This document shows, piece by piece, positions 40,334 through 51,367 of a stretch of DNA of 64,000 nt (position 1 is its first letter; each line of letters opens with the position of its first letter). The DNA is taken from positions 96,001 through 160,000 of the forward strand of contig CAWAOD010000010.1 of the NCBI GenBank assembly GCA_963783575.1, written 5' to 3'. Position numbers and translations under genes: made by a program. The notes under the pieces were generated by a model, which did no database searches, had not been told where the DNA came from, and saw only the letters and a program-made list of their open reading frames with translations. Origin of the DNA: an uncultured Spirochaetota bacterium. Lineage in GTDB: Bacteria > Spirochaetota > Brevinematia > Brevinematales > JAOACQ01.

Positions 40334-42700
40334 TCAACTTTTACCTTTGAAGTACTGATTGATAATTTGTGACGTATCAATAATATATCCTATATCACCG
40401 TTACCAATGATGGTAGCTGCCGATATTCCAGGGCTTTTGATCAGTTTGGTATTAAGAGATTTAATCACAATGTCCTGCTCGCCGATCACCTCATTTACCA
40501 GAATACCGATAAAGCTATCTCCGTATTTGGCGATAATACAATATTCTTTTACATCTTCGCCGGCTTTGACCACTTCATTATAGAAATACTTCTTGAGCGA
40601 CATTACGGGAATATATTTCCCACGCAGCTCTATATTCAGCCGGCTATTAATCTCTTTTAACTCCTTCAGGTTTATAATTACAGTTTCCTCAACAGATGCC
40701 ACCGGTATAACATAGTGCATATTATTAACAACGATAAGCAGACCCTGAATTATCGCCAGTGTAAGCGGAAGCCTGATAACGATTCTTGTACCTTTTCCCT
40801 TTACAGTTGAAACTCCTACGTTGCCGCCGATTTCTTCAATTTTTTTCTTAACTACATCCATACCGACGCCTCGTCCGGAAAGATCGGACACTTTTTTTGC
40901 CGTTGATAAACCTGGTAAAAAAATCAGGCTTAATAATTCCTTTTGAGATAACTTATCGGCGTTATCCCTTGATATAAAACCGCTTTTTATGGCTTCTTTT
41001 TTGATTGTTTCTACATCAATGCCCTTACCATCATCTGAAACTTCAATGGCTATACTGTCTCCTTCATGTACCGCTTTTAGTACGATTTTCCCGATTTCCT
41101 GCTTACCAAGCCTTTTCCTGTCCTGCGGAAGTTCTATTCCATGATCAACGGCATTCCTGAGCAGATGAATCAGCGGATCGAAGATGTCATCAACCATACC
41201 TTTATCAATCTCAGTTTCTACACCCTCAATAACAAGTTCGATCTTCTTACCCAGTTTGTCGGCCATATCGCGGATTAACCTCGGAAATCGAGAAAACACC
41301 ATCTGGATCGGCACCATCCTCATATTCATTACGTTTTCCTGGAGGGAAGATGAAATCCTGTTCAGACGCTGTATACTTTCGGAAAAAATATCGAATGATG
41401 AGAAAAGATCATTGAAAGTATTGAAAAGAATCGAATTCTTCCTTGCAACCGTATCATTATCGCCTGTAAGGTTTAACTTTACAATCCCGCTAATAAAATC
41501 TTTGAGGTTAGTTTTAATATCTCCGGTAATCCTGTCGAACTCAGCGTTAATCTGCATAAAATTCGCTTTTGTTATAACCATTTCACCGAGCAGGTTTATC
41601 AATTCATCGATTTTCCAGCTTTCGACCCTTAATGTGGCTATATTTCTTTTTTGTATATTCTCATTCTCAATTGTATTTTTATCAATACCGCCATTTTTTA
41701 ATACCTGAGCCTGGATAGGTTCATTATTAGCCGTTTCAATTTCGTCTATTTTTTCACCGATTACAATTTTTCCCGATGAAATTTCGGCATTATTTTGTGA
41801 AACAGGCGCTTCTGTTCTTGATATTAAACCCTTCTGCCGGACAAGATTTTCACTAATAATATTCTCAAATTCTTTAAGTTTTTCCGGTATGATTTTTGTT
41901 ATTATCACATCTTCTACCATATCTTTCAAGTATGTCTTATCCCGGATAAACTGTTCATCCTTTTCCGTGTTAATGATAAATGTAAGATTATTGTAAAATT
42001 TTGTCTCAAGTTCCTGAATCGAAGGATAGATTTTAATAATTTCAGAAAAATCATTAAGAAGAGCGTATATCTGGAATCCGGAAACATCTTTCATTTCATA
42101 ACTATCATCAAGATTATAACATAATAAGTAAACATTCTTACCCTGTTCAATAAACTCATTCAATAAAGAAAGGTCATAATTTGTTAATTGAATCTGCAAA
42201 ATAATCTGTTGTATATTATCCAGGCTGTAGCTTATTTTTTTATTCAGCTTAAGATCTGAATGAATTTTATTAATATCTGCCGATACCGGTTCTTCCTTAT
42301 TAACAGTGACTACTGAATTTTTAATTTCAAGCAAATTCTTTTTTATTTCCTCACTTTCTCCTTCAGCGTAAACCTCGTCTTTTTCCCTGCTGGTAAGCAT
42401 ATGTTCAAGTTCATCCCTGCATTTTAATAAGAGTGAGATATTCTCCGTTTTTAGTGCCACCTTCTTTTTTCGAACCATATCAAGAACATCTTCCATAATA
42501 TGTGTCAACGACTGAATTTCATCGAAGCCGACCGTACCGGCCCCCCCCTTGATAGTATGAGCTACCCTGAAAACTTCATTTATAGCTTTATCATCATTCG
42601 GATTTTTTTCCAATTCAAGAAGGCATTTTTCAAGGTTGTCCAGAAGGTCAAAAGCTTCATCCAGGAAATCTTTTTTCAATTCCTGAGAAAAATCAGTCAT
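40334..42700 (-). CDS. cheA: Chemotaxis histidine kinase
   Basis: Hpt FRVAHTIKG; HLLRNAVDHGIE; DDGKG; SGRGVGMDVV; LPLTLAI; C-terminal CheW-like domain. Confidence 0.96.
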   Translation of the reverse strand: MTDFSQELKKDFLDEAFDLLDNLEKCLLELEKNPNDDKAINEVFRVAHTIKGGAGTVGFDEIQSLTHIMEDVLDMVRKKKVALKTENISLLLKCRDELEHMLTSREKDEVYAEGESEEIKKNLLEIKNSVVTVNKEEPVSADINKIHSDLKLNKKISYSLDNIQQIILQIQLTNYDLSLLNEFIEQGKNVYLLCYNLDDSYEMKDVSGFQIYALLNDFSEIIKIYPSIQELETKFYNNLTFIINTEKDEQFIRDKTYLKDMVEDVIITKIIPEKLKEFENIISENLVRQKGLISRTEAPVSQNNAEISSGKIVIGEKIDEIETANNEPIQAQVLKNGGIDKNTIENENIQKRNIATLRVESWKIDELINLLGEMVITKANFMQINAEFDRITGDIKTNLKDFISGIVKLNLTGDNDTVARKNSILFNTFNDLFSSFDIFSESIQRLNRISSSLQENVMNMRMVPIQMVFSRFPRLIRDMADKLGKKIELVIEGVETEIDKGMVDDIFDPLIHLLRNAVDHGIELPQDRKRLGKQEIGKIVLKAVHEGDSIAIEVSDDGKGIDVETIKKEAIKSGFISRDNADKLSQKELLSLIFLPGLSTAKKVSDLSGRGVGMDVVKKKIEEIGGNVGVSTVKGKGTRIVIRLPLTLAIIQGLLIVVNNMHYVIPVASVEETVIINLKELKEINSRLNIELRGKYIPVMSLKKYFYNEVVKAGEDVKEYCIIAKYGDSFIGILVNEVIGEQDIVIKSLNTKLIKSPGISAATIIGNGDIGYIIDTSQIINQYFKGKS

Positions 42701-42823
42701 TCCAGTCCCCTAAAATTAAATTTTATAAAAAAGTTAAATTGCTCACTCATGACAGATATTTACATTATATTTTAAAAGACATTTTATATCAATAAACTAT
42801 AAATTAATATCCGGCGGCTAAAA

Positions 42824-43951
42824 TTAATTCCTTTGTGATATCTTATTGATAGCTGTGCCAATATCCTTAATGTCAATTACAATATCAATACCACCGTTTT
42901 TAACCGAATTTCCAGGCATCCCCCATACAACGGAACTCTCTTTATCCTGTGCTATCACTATCGCGCCGGATCTCCTTAATATAACAGATTCAATTGATCC
43001 ATCCCTTCCCATCCCGCTTAAAATTACAGCAACAACATTTCTCCCCACAGCTTCATGAATGGATCTGAAAAAGATATCCACGGAAGGCCGGAAAAAAAAA
43101 CCTTCATAATTATTGTTATCTGACTTATAAATAAGTTCTCCATCCAGTTTGATTATTTTAGAATGGCTTCCACCGGGACAAATATAAACAACACCTTTTT
43201 TTAATACATTACCTTCGGCTAATTCATATACTTCTCTTTTATATATCGAGCTTAAATTTTTTGCAAATTCATTTGTAAAACCGGCTGGCATATGTTGTGC
43301 AACAACAACTGGCACTTTAATGTTATCCAGATGGTCAAATATTTTCCTTACCGCTACAGGACCTCCTGTTGAGGAGCCGATAGCAATCAACTCCGGTCTA
43401 ATCGGCTTTTTTGCAAGCACTTTATCCAGATTTTCAATTCCATAAAAAACAGCTTCCTTCGGTTGAACAGGCTGTTCTTCTTTTTTTATATAGATTTCCT
43501 TTTCAGGAATAACGATTTGTTTTTCTATCCTCGTTTCATAAAGAGCCTTAATTTTAATGTCAAATTCCTTTTTCAAAAAATCTATGTTTTCATAAACCTG
43601 GCCTTCGGGTTTCTTTATAAAATCCTCAGCCCCGTAAGATAAAGCTTCGAAAGTTTCAGCTGAACCTTCTTCAACAAGGGAACTAAACATTATTACAAAA
43701 GGCCTGTTTTCAGCAGGGACATTATCCCAGAGATATTTCAGAAGTTCCAATCCGTTCATTTCAGGCATTTCAATATCTAAAATTACTATATCAGGTTTTA
43801 ACATAAAAATTTTTTGAAGACCGATTTTACCATTAGGCGCCGTTGCCAAAACTTCAATATTATCAAGTTCGCCAAGAATTTGAGACAGATATTTTCTTAC
43901 AAGTACAGAATCATCTATTATAAGGACCTTAACTTTTTCATTGCCTGACAT
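42824..43951 (-). CDS. cheB: Chemotaxis methylesterase
   Basis: REC domain plus GSSTGG, QHMP, GMGRDG. Confidence 0.95.
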   Translation of the reverse strand: MSGNEKVKVLIIDDSVLVRKYLSQILGELDNIEVLATAPNGKIGLQKIFMLKPDIVILDIEMPEMNGLELLKYLWDNVPAENRPFVIMFSSLVEEGSAETFEALSYGAEDFIKKPEGQVYENIDFLKKEFDIKIKALYETRIEKQIVIPEKEIYIKKEEQPVQPKEAVFYGIENLDKVLAKKPIRPELIAIGSSTGGPVAVRKIFDHLDNIKVPVVVAQHMPAGFTNEFAKNLSSIYKREVYELAEGNVLKKGVVYICPGGSHSKIIKLDGELIYKSDNNNYEGFFFRPSVDIFFRSIHEAVGRNVVAVILSGMGRDGSIESVILRRSGAIVIAQDKESSVVWGMPGNSVKNGGIDIVIDIKDIGTAINKISQRN

Positions 43952-44762
43952 AAATAATACCTTTACTTAGATTCACAGGCTTAAATCCGCTGAATAATCC
44001 TATAAGACTCTCAGAATGCCCGATAAAGAGGTAAGTATTCGGCTTCATCGATTCGTATATATTCAATACAACTTTCTTTTGAATATCTTCATCGAAGTAT
44101 ATCAGCACATTCCTGCAGAATGTAATATCAATTTCTCTAATGCCATTATCATAAATCAGATTATGGTAATCGAATTTCACCTTTTTTTTGATTTCTTCAT
44201 TAATAATATAAGTATCATCAACACTGACAAAATACTTATCCAGATAACTTTTTTCTATTTTTTGAACGCTCTTTTCCGGGAATTTTCCTTCTTTCGCTAT
44301 AAAAAGACTTTCCAGGCTTATATCCGAACCTATGATATTAAAACTCCAGCCGTCCTCATAGAGCTTATTTTCTTCAAAAAAATCATTTGTAACCATTGCT
44401 ATTGTATAAGGTTCTTCTCCGGTTGAACAGGCAGCGCTCCAGATCCTGATTATTTTTTGAGAAGCATTCTTTTTAATAACATCAGGCAGAATATCTTCTT
44501 TGAGAATTTCAAATTGACGCAGGTTTCTAAAAAAACTGGTGAAATTTGTCGTTACAAAATCAATAAAAGAAGTCAATTCCTGTTTATCTTTCTTTAAAAG
44601 GCTTATATATTCATTTGCAGATACCGATTTTTCTTTAAGTTTGCTGGAAAGTCTGCTTATAAGTACCGACAGGTTTGAATCTTTAAAAACTATCCCACTT
44701 ACGTTATATACCATATCAGCGATGAGTTTTAAATCAGGACTATCAGGTAATATTTGTTCCAT
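43938..44762 (-). CDS. cheR: Chemotaxis methyltransferase
   Basis: TTNFTSFFR, IWSAACSTGEEPY, FCRNVLIYF, GHSES. Confidence 0.95.
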   Translation of the reverse strand: MEQILPDSPDLKLIADMVYNVSGIVFKDSNLSVLISRLSSKLKEKSVSANEYISLLKKDKQELTSFIDFVTTNFTSFFRNLRQFEILKEDILPDVIKKNASQKIIRIWSAACSTGEEPYTIAMVTNDFFEENKLYEDGWSFNIIGSDISLESLFIAKEGKFPEKSVQKIEKSYLDKYFVSVDDTYIINEEIKKKVKFDYHNLIYDNGIREIDITFCRNVLIYFDEDIQKKVVLNIYESMKPNTYLFIGHSESLIGLFSGFKPVNLSKGIIYVRQ

Positions 44763-44824
44763 AAAGTATCCTCTATTTTTACAAGCAGATATATTAATCA
44801 ATTAAAATCAACAGCTTGCTATAT

Positions 44825-45712
44825 TTAGCTAAGAATAATATTCTTATAACTTTCCAGTTTATCAGGAAGCTCATATTCAAGCAAGTCACCGAGAAGGACT
44901 ACATCGCCATTTTCAAAAGCTTCAACTATCCGGGAAAGAAGGGCATTAATCTCATTATACAAGCCGTCAATCTCATCCCTTTCACTGCTGGAGAAGCCGG
45001 AAAGATTCTTCCTTAAATAAATACAGCACATTTCCAGAACACTTATTACCGTATTAATTTTTGACAAAGCCTCTTTATCCCTGCCCATTTGAAAAGCCTC
45101 AGAAATTTCCGGCAGCAATTCTACGCATCCGTTGATCGATTCAGTAACCTGATCTTTACTTACGGAAAAATTTGTGCTTATTTTTAATTGTATTGCATCA
45201 AGATAAGTAACAAGATTCTCAATAATTGAAGTAAGAGTTTCTATCTTGCTTAATTCTTTCTGGTCACCGTTTAAATAATCAATAATCTGATTGATAGTGC
45301 TTATTAACAATTTAGCTTCCACCATTTTGAATTGGGAAATCTGGTTAATAGAATCTATGGTTTCTATGACCCATTGAAAAAGGTCATTAAATTCTTTACT
45401 ATGTGAAAAACCATTTTTTTTCATATCTCCGGAAATATTAAAAAGCATGTTCTTGCATTCATCCAACAAACTTATGACCAATTCCTCTTTTTTTGCTATT
45501 TCTATATTAATGAATTTAATATTATCAATGCTTATGGATTTTAATCCTTCATCATCGAGAGAATAAAAATGACCATCAATCTCTATTGAAGATATAATAG
45601 AATCTTTTCCGTTCAATTCATGAATTATTGAATCTATTATATCATAAGCCGTTTTTTCATTTTCAAGAGTAACATCAAGAGTTTGCCCGTTAATTTTAAT
45701 ATCCATCTTCAT
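44825..45712 (-). CDS. Hypothetical helical protein heading the che run
   Basis: 295-aa ORF, GGAG RBS, C-terminal D.VLLGDLLEYEL motif. Confidence 0.75.
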   Translation of the reverse strand: MKMDIKINGQTLDVTLENEKTAYDIIDSIIHELNGKDSIISSIEIDGHFYSLDDEGLKSISIDNIKFINIEIAKKEELVISLLDECKNMLFNISGDMKKNGFSHSKEFNDLFQWVIETIDSINQISQFKMVEAKLLISTINQIIDYLNGDQKELSKIETLTSIIENLVTYLDAIQLKISTNFSVSKDQVTESINGCVELLPEISEAFQMGRDKEALSKINTVISVLEMCCIYLRKNLSGFSSSERDEIDGLYNEINALLSRIVEAFENGDVVLLGDLLEYELPDKLESYKNIILS

Positions 45713-46139
45713 CTCTCCCGGAGTTAATTGGCAATTACGGCATATTTTAATTATAAAATAAATCTTTAATTTTACTTATCATATGTTTCGGAATTTTATA
45801 AAGCTAACTATAAAAACCGCTCTTTATATTGATACTTATTACTAAAAACGGTATATATTCACGGTTTCATCAAAGACAAATATAATTGAAACATAACAAA
45901 TCAATATTGGATGGCCATTTTTAACTTTTATTTTCTTTTTTAAATTAACCTGATATGGCACAATAATCATTTAAAGTGCTATACGGCACATTTCATATAA
46001 TCCCATTTTAAGGTAATTAATACCTATTATTGTAATTATAACATTTACCAAAATAAATTGAAAGTATTCTGTTTTGCTTTTTTCTGAAAATAAAATTAAA
46101 ATTGTAATTACCATTAATTGTATTAAAAAGGAGAGAATT

Positions 46140-46559
46140 ATGAAATCATATCGCCTTGAATTATGGTTCAATGTCCCCAACAGGGTGGAATTTTTAAATA
46201 TTACTTCCGAAGTGGAGAAGGCGGTCAAAGAAAGCGGCATTAGAGAAGGATTATGCCTTGTTAATAGTATGCATATCACTTCAAGCGTTTTCATAAACGA
46301 TGATGAAAGAGGCCTGCATCAGGATTACGCTGATTGGCTGGAAACCCTTGCTCCGCATGAACCTATATCTCATTACAGGCATAACCGAACCGGAGAAAGC
46401 AATGGTGACGCTCACCTCAAACGGCAGGTAATGGGAAGGGAAGTTGTTGTTGCCGTTACAAACGGTATGCTTGATTTCGGCCCATGGGAGCAGATTTTTT
46501 ACGGTGAGTTCGACGGGATGAGAAAAAAACGTGTCCTTATAAAAATTATAGGGGAATAA
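46140..46559 (+). CDS. yjbQ: YjbQ/UPF0047 family protein
   Basis: [30 protein letters not shown]. Confidence 0.9.
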   Translation: MKSYRLELWFNVPNRVEFLNITSEVEKAVKESGIREGLCLVNSMHITSSVFINDDERGLHQDYADWLETLAPHEPISHYRHNRTGESNGDAHLKRQVMGREVVVAVTNGMLDFGPWEQIFYGEFDGMRKKRVLIKIIGE

Positions 46560-46590
46560 AAGAACAAGGGGCTTAAGCCCCTTGTTCTTT
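46559..46590. terminator. Perfect 32-bp palindrome; terminator or REP-like
   Basis: AAAGAACAAGGGGCTT/AAGCCCCTTGTTCTTT directly at the yjbQ stop. Confidence 0.75.
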
Positions 46591-46762
46591 ACTTATATAT
46601 CTATATCAAAGCATCAATTCTAATCGGCTTAATTTTTATATAATTTCATAATTCCATTTTTTAGTCGCCACTATTAAAACTTTTTTAATATTTTATTTGT
46701 TTACACATATAATTCATTAAAAAGTAAAGAATTAGGAAACAATAAATTATATGCATCATATT

Positions 46763-46811
46763 TTGCAATTCATAATAAAAGGTGATATAATAATCTAATA
46801 CCATTTAGTAA
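46763..46811 (+). promoter_or_regulatory. fapR promoter with candidate FapR operator
   Basis: TTGCAA-17 bp-TATAAT with TG extension; CTAATA-ccatt-TAGTAA at 46795-46811 resembles TTAGTA-N5-TACTAA. Confidence 0.6.
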
Positions 46812-46825
46812 TATCAGTAGGTGAT

Positions 46826-47446
46826 ATGATGGAAGAAAAAATGAATGCCCGTGACGAAAGACTGGTTAATATGAAGTCTATAATTGAAAATAATCCTTTT
46901 ATCCCTGACGATGAGCTGGCATGCCTTTTAAAAGTAAGCATTCATACAATTCGCGCCGATCGCAGGAAGACCGGTATTCCTGAAGTCAGAAAAAGGGGCG
47001 AGTTTTCTGACAGCCTTTTTGCTCAGGCCAAAGCATTGTCCAATCAGGAAATAATCGGAGACCTTCTTGAGATAGACCTTGATAAAGAGGGGCTTTCCCT
47101 TCTCGATACAAACGAACAGATGGGGCTGTACAAATCTAAAATTATAAGGGGCCATATTCTTTTCGCACAGGCAAACTCTTTGGCAAATGCTATTGTGGAT
47201 GCCGAAATCGCGCTTACTGGAGAAGCCGAAATAAAATTTATGGCGCCGGTTTTCGTCGGAGAGAGAGTTCTGGCTAAGGCCCGCATAATCAGTGAAAAGC
47301 ACAGGAGAAAGGAGGTGCATGTCATTATGAAGACAAAGAAAAAACTGGTTTTTGAGGGCACTTTTACCATTTATTGTCTCACTCCGGAACTGGCTGCCCA
47401 TCTAAATAAATTTTCCGACGAGGAAGTAACAGGAGAAAAAAAATGA
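46826..47446 (+). CDS. fapR: Fatty-acid biosynthesis regulator
   Basis: NPFIPDDELA..LKVSIHTIRADR..GIPE; RGHILFAQANSLA thioesterase-like domain. Confidence 0.92.
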   Translation: MMEEKMNARDERLVNMKSIIENNPFIPDDELACLLKVSIHTIRADRRKTGIPEVRKRGEFSDSLFAQAKALSNQEIIGDLLEIDLDKEGLSLLDTNEQMGLYKSKIIRGHILFAQANSLANAIVDAEIALTGEAEIKFMAPVFVGERVLAKARIISEKHRRKEVHVIMKTKKKLVFEGTFTIYCLTPELAAHLNKFSDEEVTGEKK

Positions 47447-48378
47447 AAAAAATAGGATTATCGGCAATCGGGACATATGTGCCCGAAAAGGTACTGACTA
47501 ACGCCGATCTTGAAAAAATGGTCGATACCACAGATGAATGGATAGTTACAAGAACAGGTATCAAGGAAAGAAGAATAGCCTCAAAAGAAATGTCTTCATC
47601 GGATATGGCTGAGAATGCAGCAAGAGACTGTATGTCAAAAAAAAAGATAAAACCCGACCTGCTGATATCATCTACCAGTACACCGGAAAAAAATTGTCCA
47701 TACCAGGCAAGCATAGTCGCTAAAAGATTAAATCTTTCCGGACTGGCTGCTTTTGATCTTAATGCTGCATGTTCGGGCCTGGTATACAGTATCACTACTG
47801 CTTTCAGTCTGCTTAAGACAAATGGGTTTAAGAACGCACTGATTACAGCTAGTGAAAAAATGTCATCATTAACGGATTACACCGATAGAGCCACATGTAT
47901 TTTATTCGGCGACGGGGCTTCGGCTGTTATGGTATCTTCGGAAGACTGCGAACATGAGATACTGGCTACGGAGCTTGGTATAGACCCAACCGGAAGCGAT
48001 ATGGTAACAATGGGAGGCAAGGGAGATGAATATTATTTCCGGCAGGACGGCCAGAAAGTTTTCAAGTTTGCAGTCACTAAAGTCAGTGAAATAATAGAAA
48101 AATTAAAAAAAAAGATAGGCCTGAAAAATAATGACGAATTTTATATTATACCCCACCAGGCAAATAAGAGAATTTATGAGACCGTCTCTAAGAAAAATAA
48201 AATACCGATGGATCACATCATATTAAATATCGAAAAATACGGTAATACTTCATCGGCTTCAATAGGACTTGCCCTTGAAGAAGCTTGGCGGACTGAAAGG
48301 TTTAAAAAAGGCGATTATCTTATGCTGATTGGATTCGGCGGAGGTTTGAGCTGGGCTGGAGCCGCAATCAGATGGTAA
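47443..48378 (+). CDS. fabH: 3-oxoacyl-ACP synthase III
   Basis: RTGIKERR, AACSG, PHQAN, GNTSSAS, GFGGGLSW. Confidence 0.95.
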   Translation: MKKIGLSAIGTYVPEKVLTNADLEKMVDTTDEWIVTRTGIKERRIASKEMSSSDMAENAARDCMSKKKIKPDLLISSTSTPEKNCPYQASIVAKRLNLSGLAAFDLNAACSGLVYSITTAFSLLKTNGFKNALITASEKMSSLTDYTDRATCILFGDGASAVMVSSEDCEHEILATELGIDPTGSDMVTMGGKGDEYYFRQDGQKVFKFAVTKVSEIIEKLKKKIGLKNNDEFYIIPHQANKRIYETVSKKNKIPMDHIILNIEKYGNTSSASIGLALEEAWRTERFKKGDYLMLIGFGGGLSWAGAAIRW

Positions 48379-48521
48379 TCTGCCAGATGGTAACCTACCG
48401 CTGAATGGAATTTAAATAATTTTTTTTGCATAAAATTATTTTAAGATTTATAATTTCTACTTTGAAAGATTACATGTCCAGGTAATAGAATATGTGGAAA
48501 ATAATCAAGGAGAACTAAGTT

Positions 48522-48761
48522 ATGGAACAGGAGATCAAACCGTATCCGGTTATTCATAAAATAGAATGCAAGGCCTGCGGACGCTGTATTGCGGAATGTC
48601 CAAAAAATGTATTAACAATGAGCAATGAATTAAACGAACGCGGGTACAATTTCGCAGAATATTCAGGCGAAGGCTGTAATGGCTGTGCAAACTGCTACTA
48701 TACCTGCCCGGAGCCAAATGCCATAGAAGTGCATATTCCATTGAAGGTAAAAATCGGATAA
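48522..48761 (+). CDS. 2x[4Fe-4S] ferredoxin subunit of a 2-oxoacid oxidoreductase
   Basis: [12 protein letters not shown] and [12 protein letters not shown]. Confidence 0.9.
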   Translation: MEQEIKPYPVIHKIECKACGRCIAECPKNVLTMSNELNERGYNFAEYSGEGCNGCANCYYTCPEPNAIEVHIPLKVKIG

Positions 48762-48808
48762 TGATACTTTTACTAACATGTCAACAAAGGTTTGGAGGTG
48801 ATATTTAA

Positions 48809-49873
48809 ATGGCAAAACAACTCATAAAAGGAAATTCAGCGGTGATAATCGGGGCGCTTTATGCCGGATGCGATTGTTATTTCGGTTATCCTATAACCCC
48901 GGCAAGTGAAATCCTCCATGAAGCTTCATATTATTTCCCGAAGCTTGGAAGGAAATTTGTCCAGGCTGAATCCGAGGAAGCAGCGATCAATATGGTTTAC
49001 GGTGCCTCTGCGGCAGGTCATAGGGTCCTCGGCGCTTCTTCAGGCCCGGGAATCAGCCTTAAGCAGGAGGGAATATCGTATATTGCAGGAACCGAGCTTC
49101 CCTGCGTGCTTGTGGACGTAATGCGTGCCGGACCAGGACTCGGGAATATAGGCCCTGAACAGGGCGATTATAATCAAATAGTCAAGGGCGGCGGTCATGG
49201 AAACTATAAAAATATAGTGCTCGCACCGAATTCTGTTCAGGAAATGTGTGATTTTACAATAAAGGCTTTCGATCTCGCTTTTAAATACAGAAACCCCGTA
49301 GTAGTTTTAACGGACGGCGCTCTTGGGCAAATGGTCGAGCCTCTTGAATTCCCAGAAACTGCCATATCTCCGGTTACAGATACTTCATGGGCAGTGAATG
49401 GCACAAAAGATACCAGCCTTAATCTACTCACTTCAATATTTTTAGACTTTGATCTTCTTGAGAAATTTAATTATAAAATTCAGGAAAAATATAAAAAAGT
49501 TGAGGAAAAAGAACAATCCTCGGAAGAATATTTAACGGATGATGCCGATATCATTCTGGTATCATACGGCATTAGCAGCCGCATCTGCCGTTCTGCAGTT
49601 GAGGAATCCAGGAAAATTGGTATAAAAGCAGGTCTGTTCCGTCCTAAAACTCTTTTCCCATTTCCAAAAGATGCCATCAGAAAGATAGCGGAAAGGGATG
49701 TAAGATTTTTATCGGTGGAAATGAGCAACGGGCAGTTGATGGATGACATACGCCTGCAGATCGAATGTAAAAGGCCTGTCGAACTTGTCAACCGTATGGG
49801 TGGAAATATCATAACACTTGACGCAGTAATGAATAAGATCAAAGATGCGGTGGCAATCGGAGGAAATAAATGA
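48809..49873 (+). CDS. vorB: 2-oxoacid:ferredoxin oxidoreductase alpha-type subunit (VorB-like)
   Basis: [35 protein letters not shown]. Confidence 0.85.
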   Translation: MAKQLIKGNSAVIIGALYAGCDCYFGYPITPASEILHEASYYFPKLGRKFVQAESEEAAINMVYGASAAGHRVLGASSGPGISLKQEGISYIAGTELPCVLVDVMRAGPGLGNIGPEQGDYNQIVKGGGHGNYKNIVLAPNSVQEMCDFTIKAFDLAFKYRNPVVVLTDGALGQMVEPLEFPETAISPVTDTSWAVNGTKDTSLNLLTSIFLDFDLLEKFNYKIQEKYKKVEEKEQSSEEYLTDDADIILVSYGISSRICRSAVEESRKIGIKAGLFRPKTLFPFPKDAIRKIAERDVRFLSVEMSNGQLMDDIRLQIECKRPVELVNRMGGNIITLDAVMNKIKDAVAIGGNK

Positions 49874-51318
49874 AGGAAAAGATAATATCCAGACCGGAAT
49901 CTATGTTCGAAAAGTATGAAAGGAAAGGCGGTTCGGCAATGACTGCCACTCATTATTGTCCCGGGTGTGGTCATGGCATTCTTCATAAATTAATCGGGGA
50001 AGCACTTACTGAGCTTGAAATTACCGACAGAACAGTTCTTATAAGTCCTGTCGGATGTGCGGTTTTCGCTTATTATTACTTTAAATGTGGCAACATTCAG
50101 GTTGCTCATGGAAAGGGCTCCCGCCGTAGCAACAGGCATTTCACGTGCACAGGATAATGCAGTCGTTATTTCTTACCAGGGAGATGGCGATCTTGCTTCA
50201 ATCGGATTGAATGAAACAATGCAGGCTGCAAACCGTGGTGAAAAAATTGCAGTTTTCTTTGTGAATAATACCGTTTATGGTATGACCGGCGGACAGATGG
50301 CCCCGACCACTCTGATCGGAGAATCGACAACAACATGCCTTGAAGGACGTGATCCGCTTTATGCCGGTTATCCGCTGCATATGTGCGAGATCATAAATAC
50401 CCTCAAAGCCCCGGTTTATATCGAAAGGGTTTCCGTTTCCGATATTCAGCATATACGTAAAGCAAAAACTGCCGTTAAAAAAGCCCTTAAAATCCAGAAA
50501 GAAGGTAAAGGTTATACTTTTGTTGAGGTTTTATCTCCATGCCCTACGAACCTTGGCCTTGACAGTTTAAAAGCCGCCGAATTTGTAAATAATGAAATGG
50601 AGAAAGAATATCCGCTTCAATGTTTGAGGGACCATACTGATGAAGCTGTTCCTGTACACCGTCCGGAAAGTGATTTCAGTAAAAAGAATATCGACAATCT
50701 TTTTAATCTTAATAGAAATTCCTCTCATTCAACTAAGGAAGATCCTGCATTCAAACCAGTTGAGATCAAAGTAGCCGGTTTCGGCGGGCAGGGAGTTTTG
50801 AGCCTTGGTCTTATGATCGCTTCTGCAGCCCAGAAAGCGGGGCGTTTTGTTCATGGTATCCTTCTTACGGTCCGGAACAGCGGGGCGGAACTTCCAATTG
50901 CGGGGTTATTATATCGGGAAAAGAAATCGGCTCTCCGGCTGTATATGAGCCGGACATTCTCATCGCTATGAACCGTCCATCCCTGGAAAGGTTTGCTAAA
51001 GATGTCAAACCCGGAGGGGTAGTGATTTACGATACGACTATAGGTGAATTTTCATTCTCCGCAGGAATAAAAGCAGTTAGCATACCGGCTGTTCAGACTG
51101 CCAGGGAGGCAGGCAATGAGAAGGCAGCCAATAACGTGATACTCGGAGTTTTAAAAGCCCTTGGTTCCGCCGGATTGCCGGGTGAAGTTTTCGCGAAAGC
51201 TATAGAAGAAACCTTTGCAAAAAAACCCAAGCTCATCGCCCCAAATTTGAAAGCTCTGGACGCCGGCTACACAATCTATAATAAGATGTACGGCAGAATG
51301 GACAAAGAGCAGAATTGA
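49870..51318 (+). CDS. Fused beta/gamma 2-oxoacid:ferredoxin oxidoreductase subunit (VorA-like); frameshifts near 50113 and 50850
   Basis: [15 protein letters not shown] after removing one [27 protein letters not shown] after adding one T. Confidence 0.85.
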
Positions 51319-51367
51319 AAAAAGGCTTCTATTTCAAAATTTATAATAAACTTAATAGAAATAATTA

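Noticed and set aside
45956..45972. Sigma54 promoter at TGGCAC
   Set aside because: No TTGC -12 element at the right spacing
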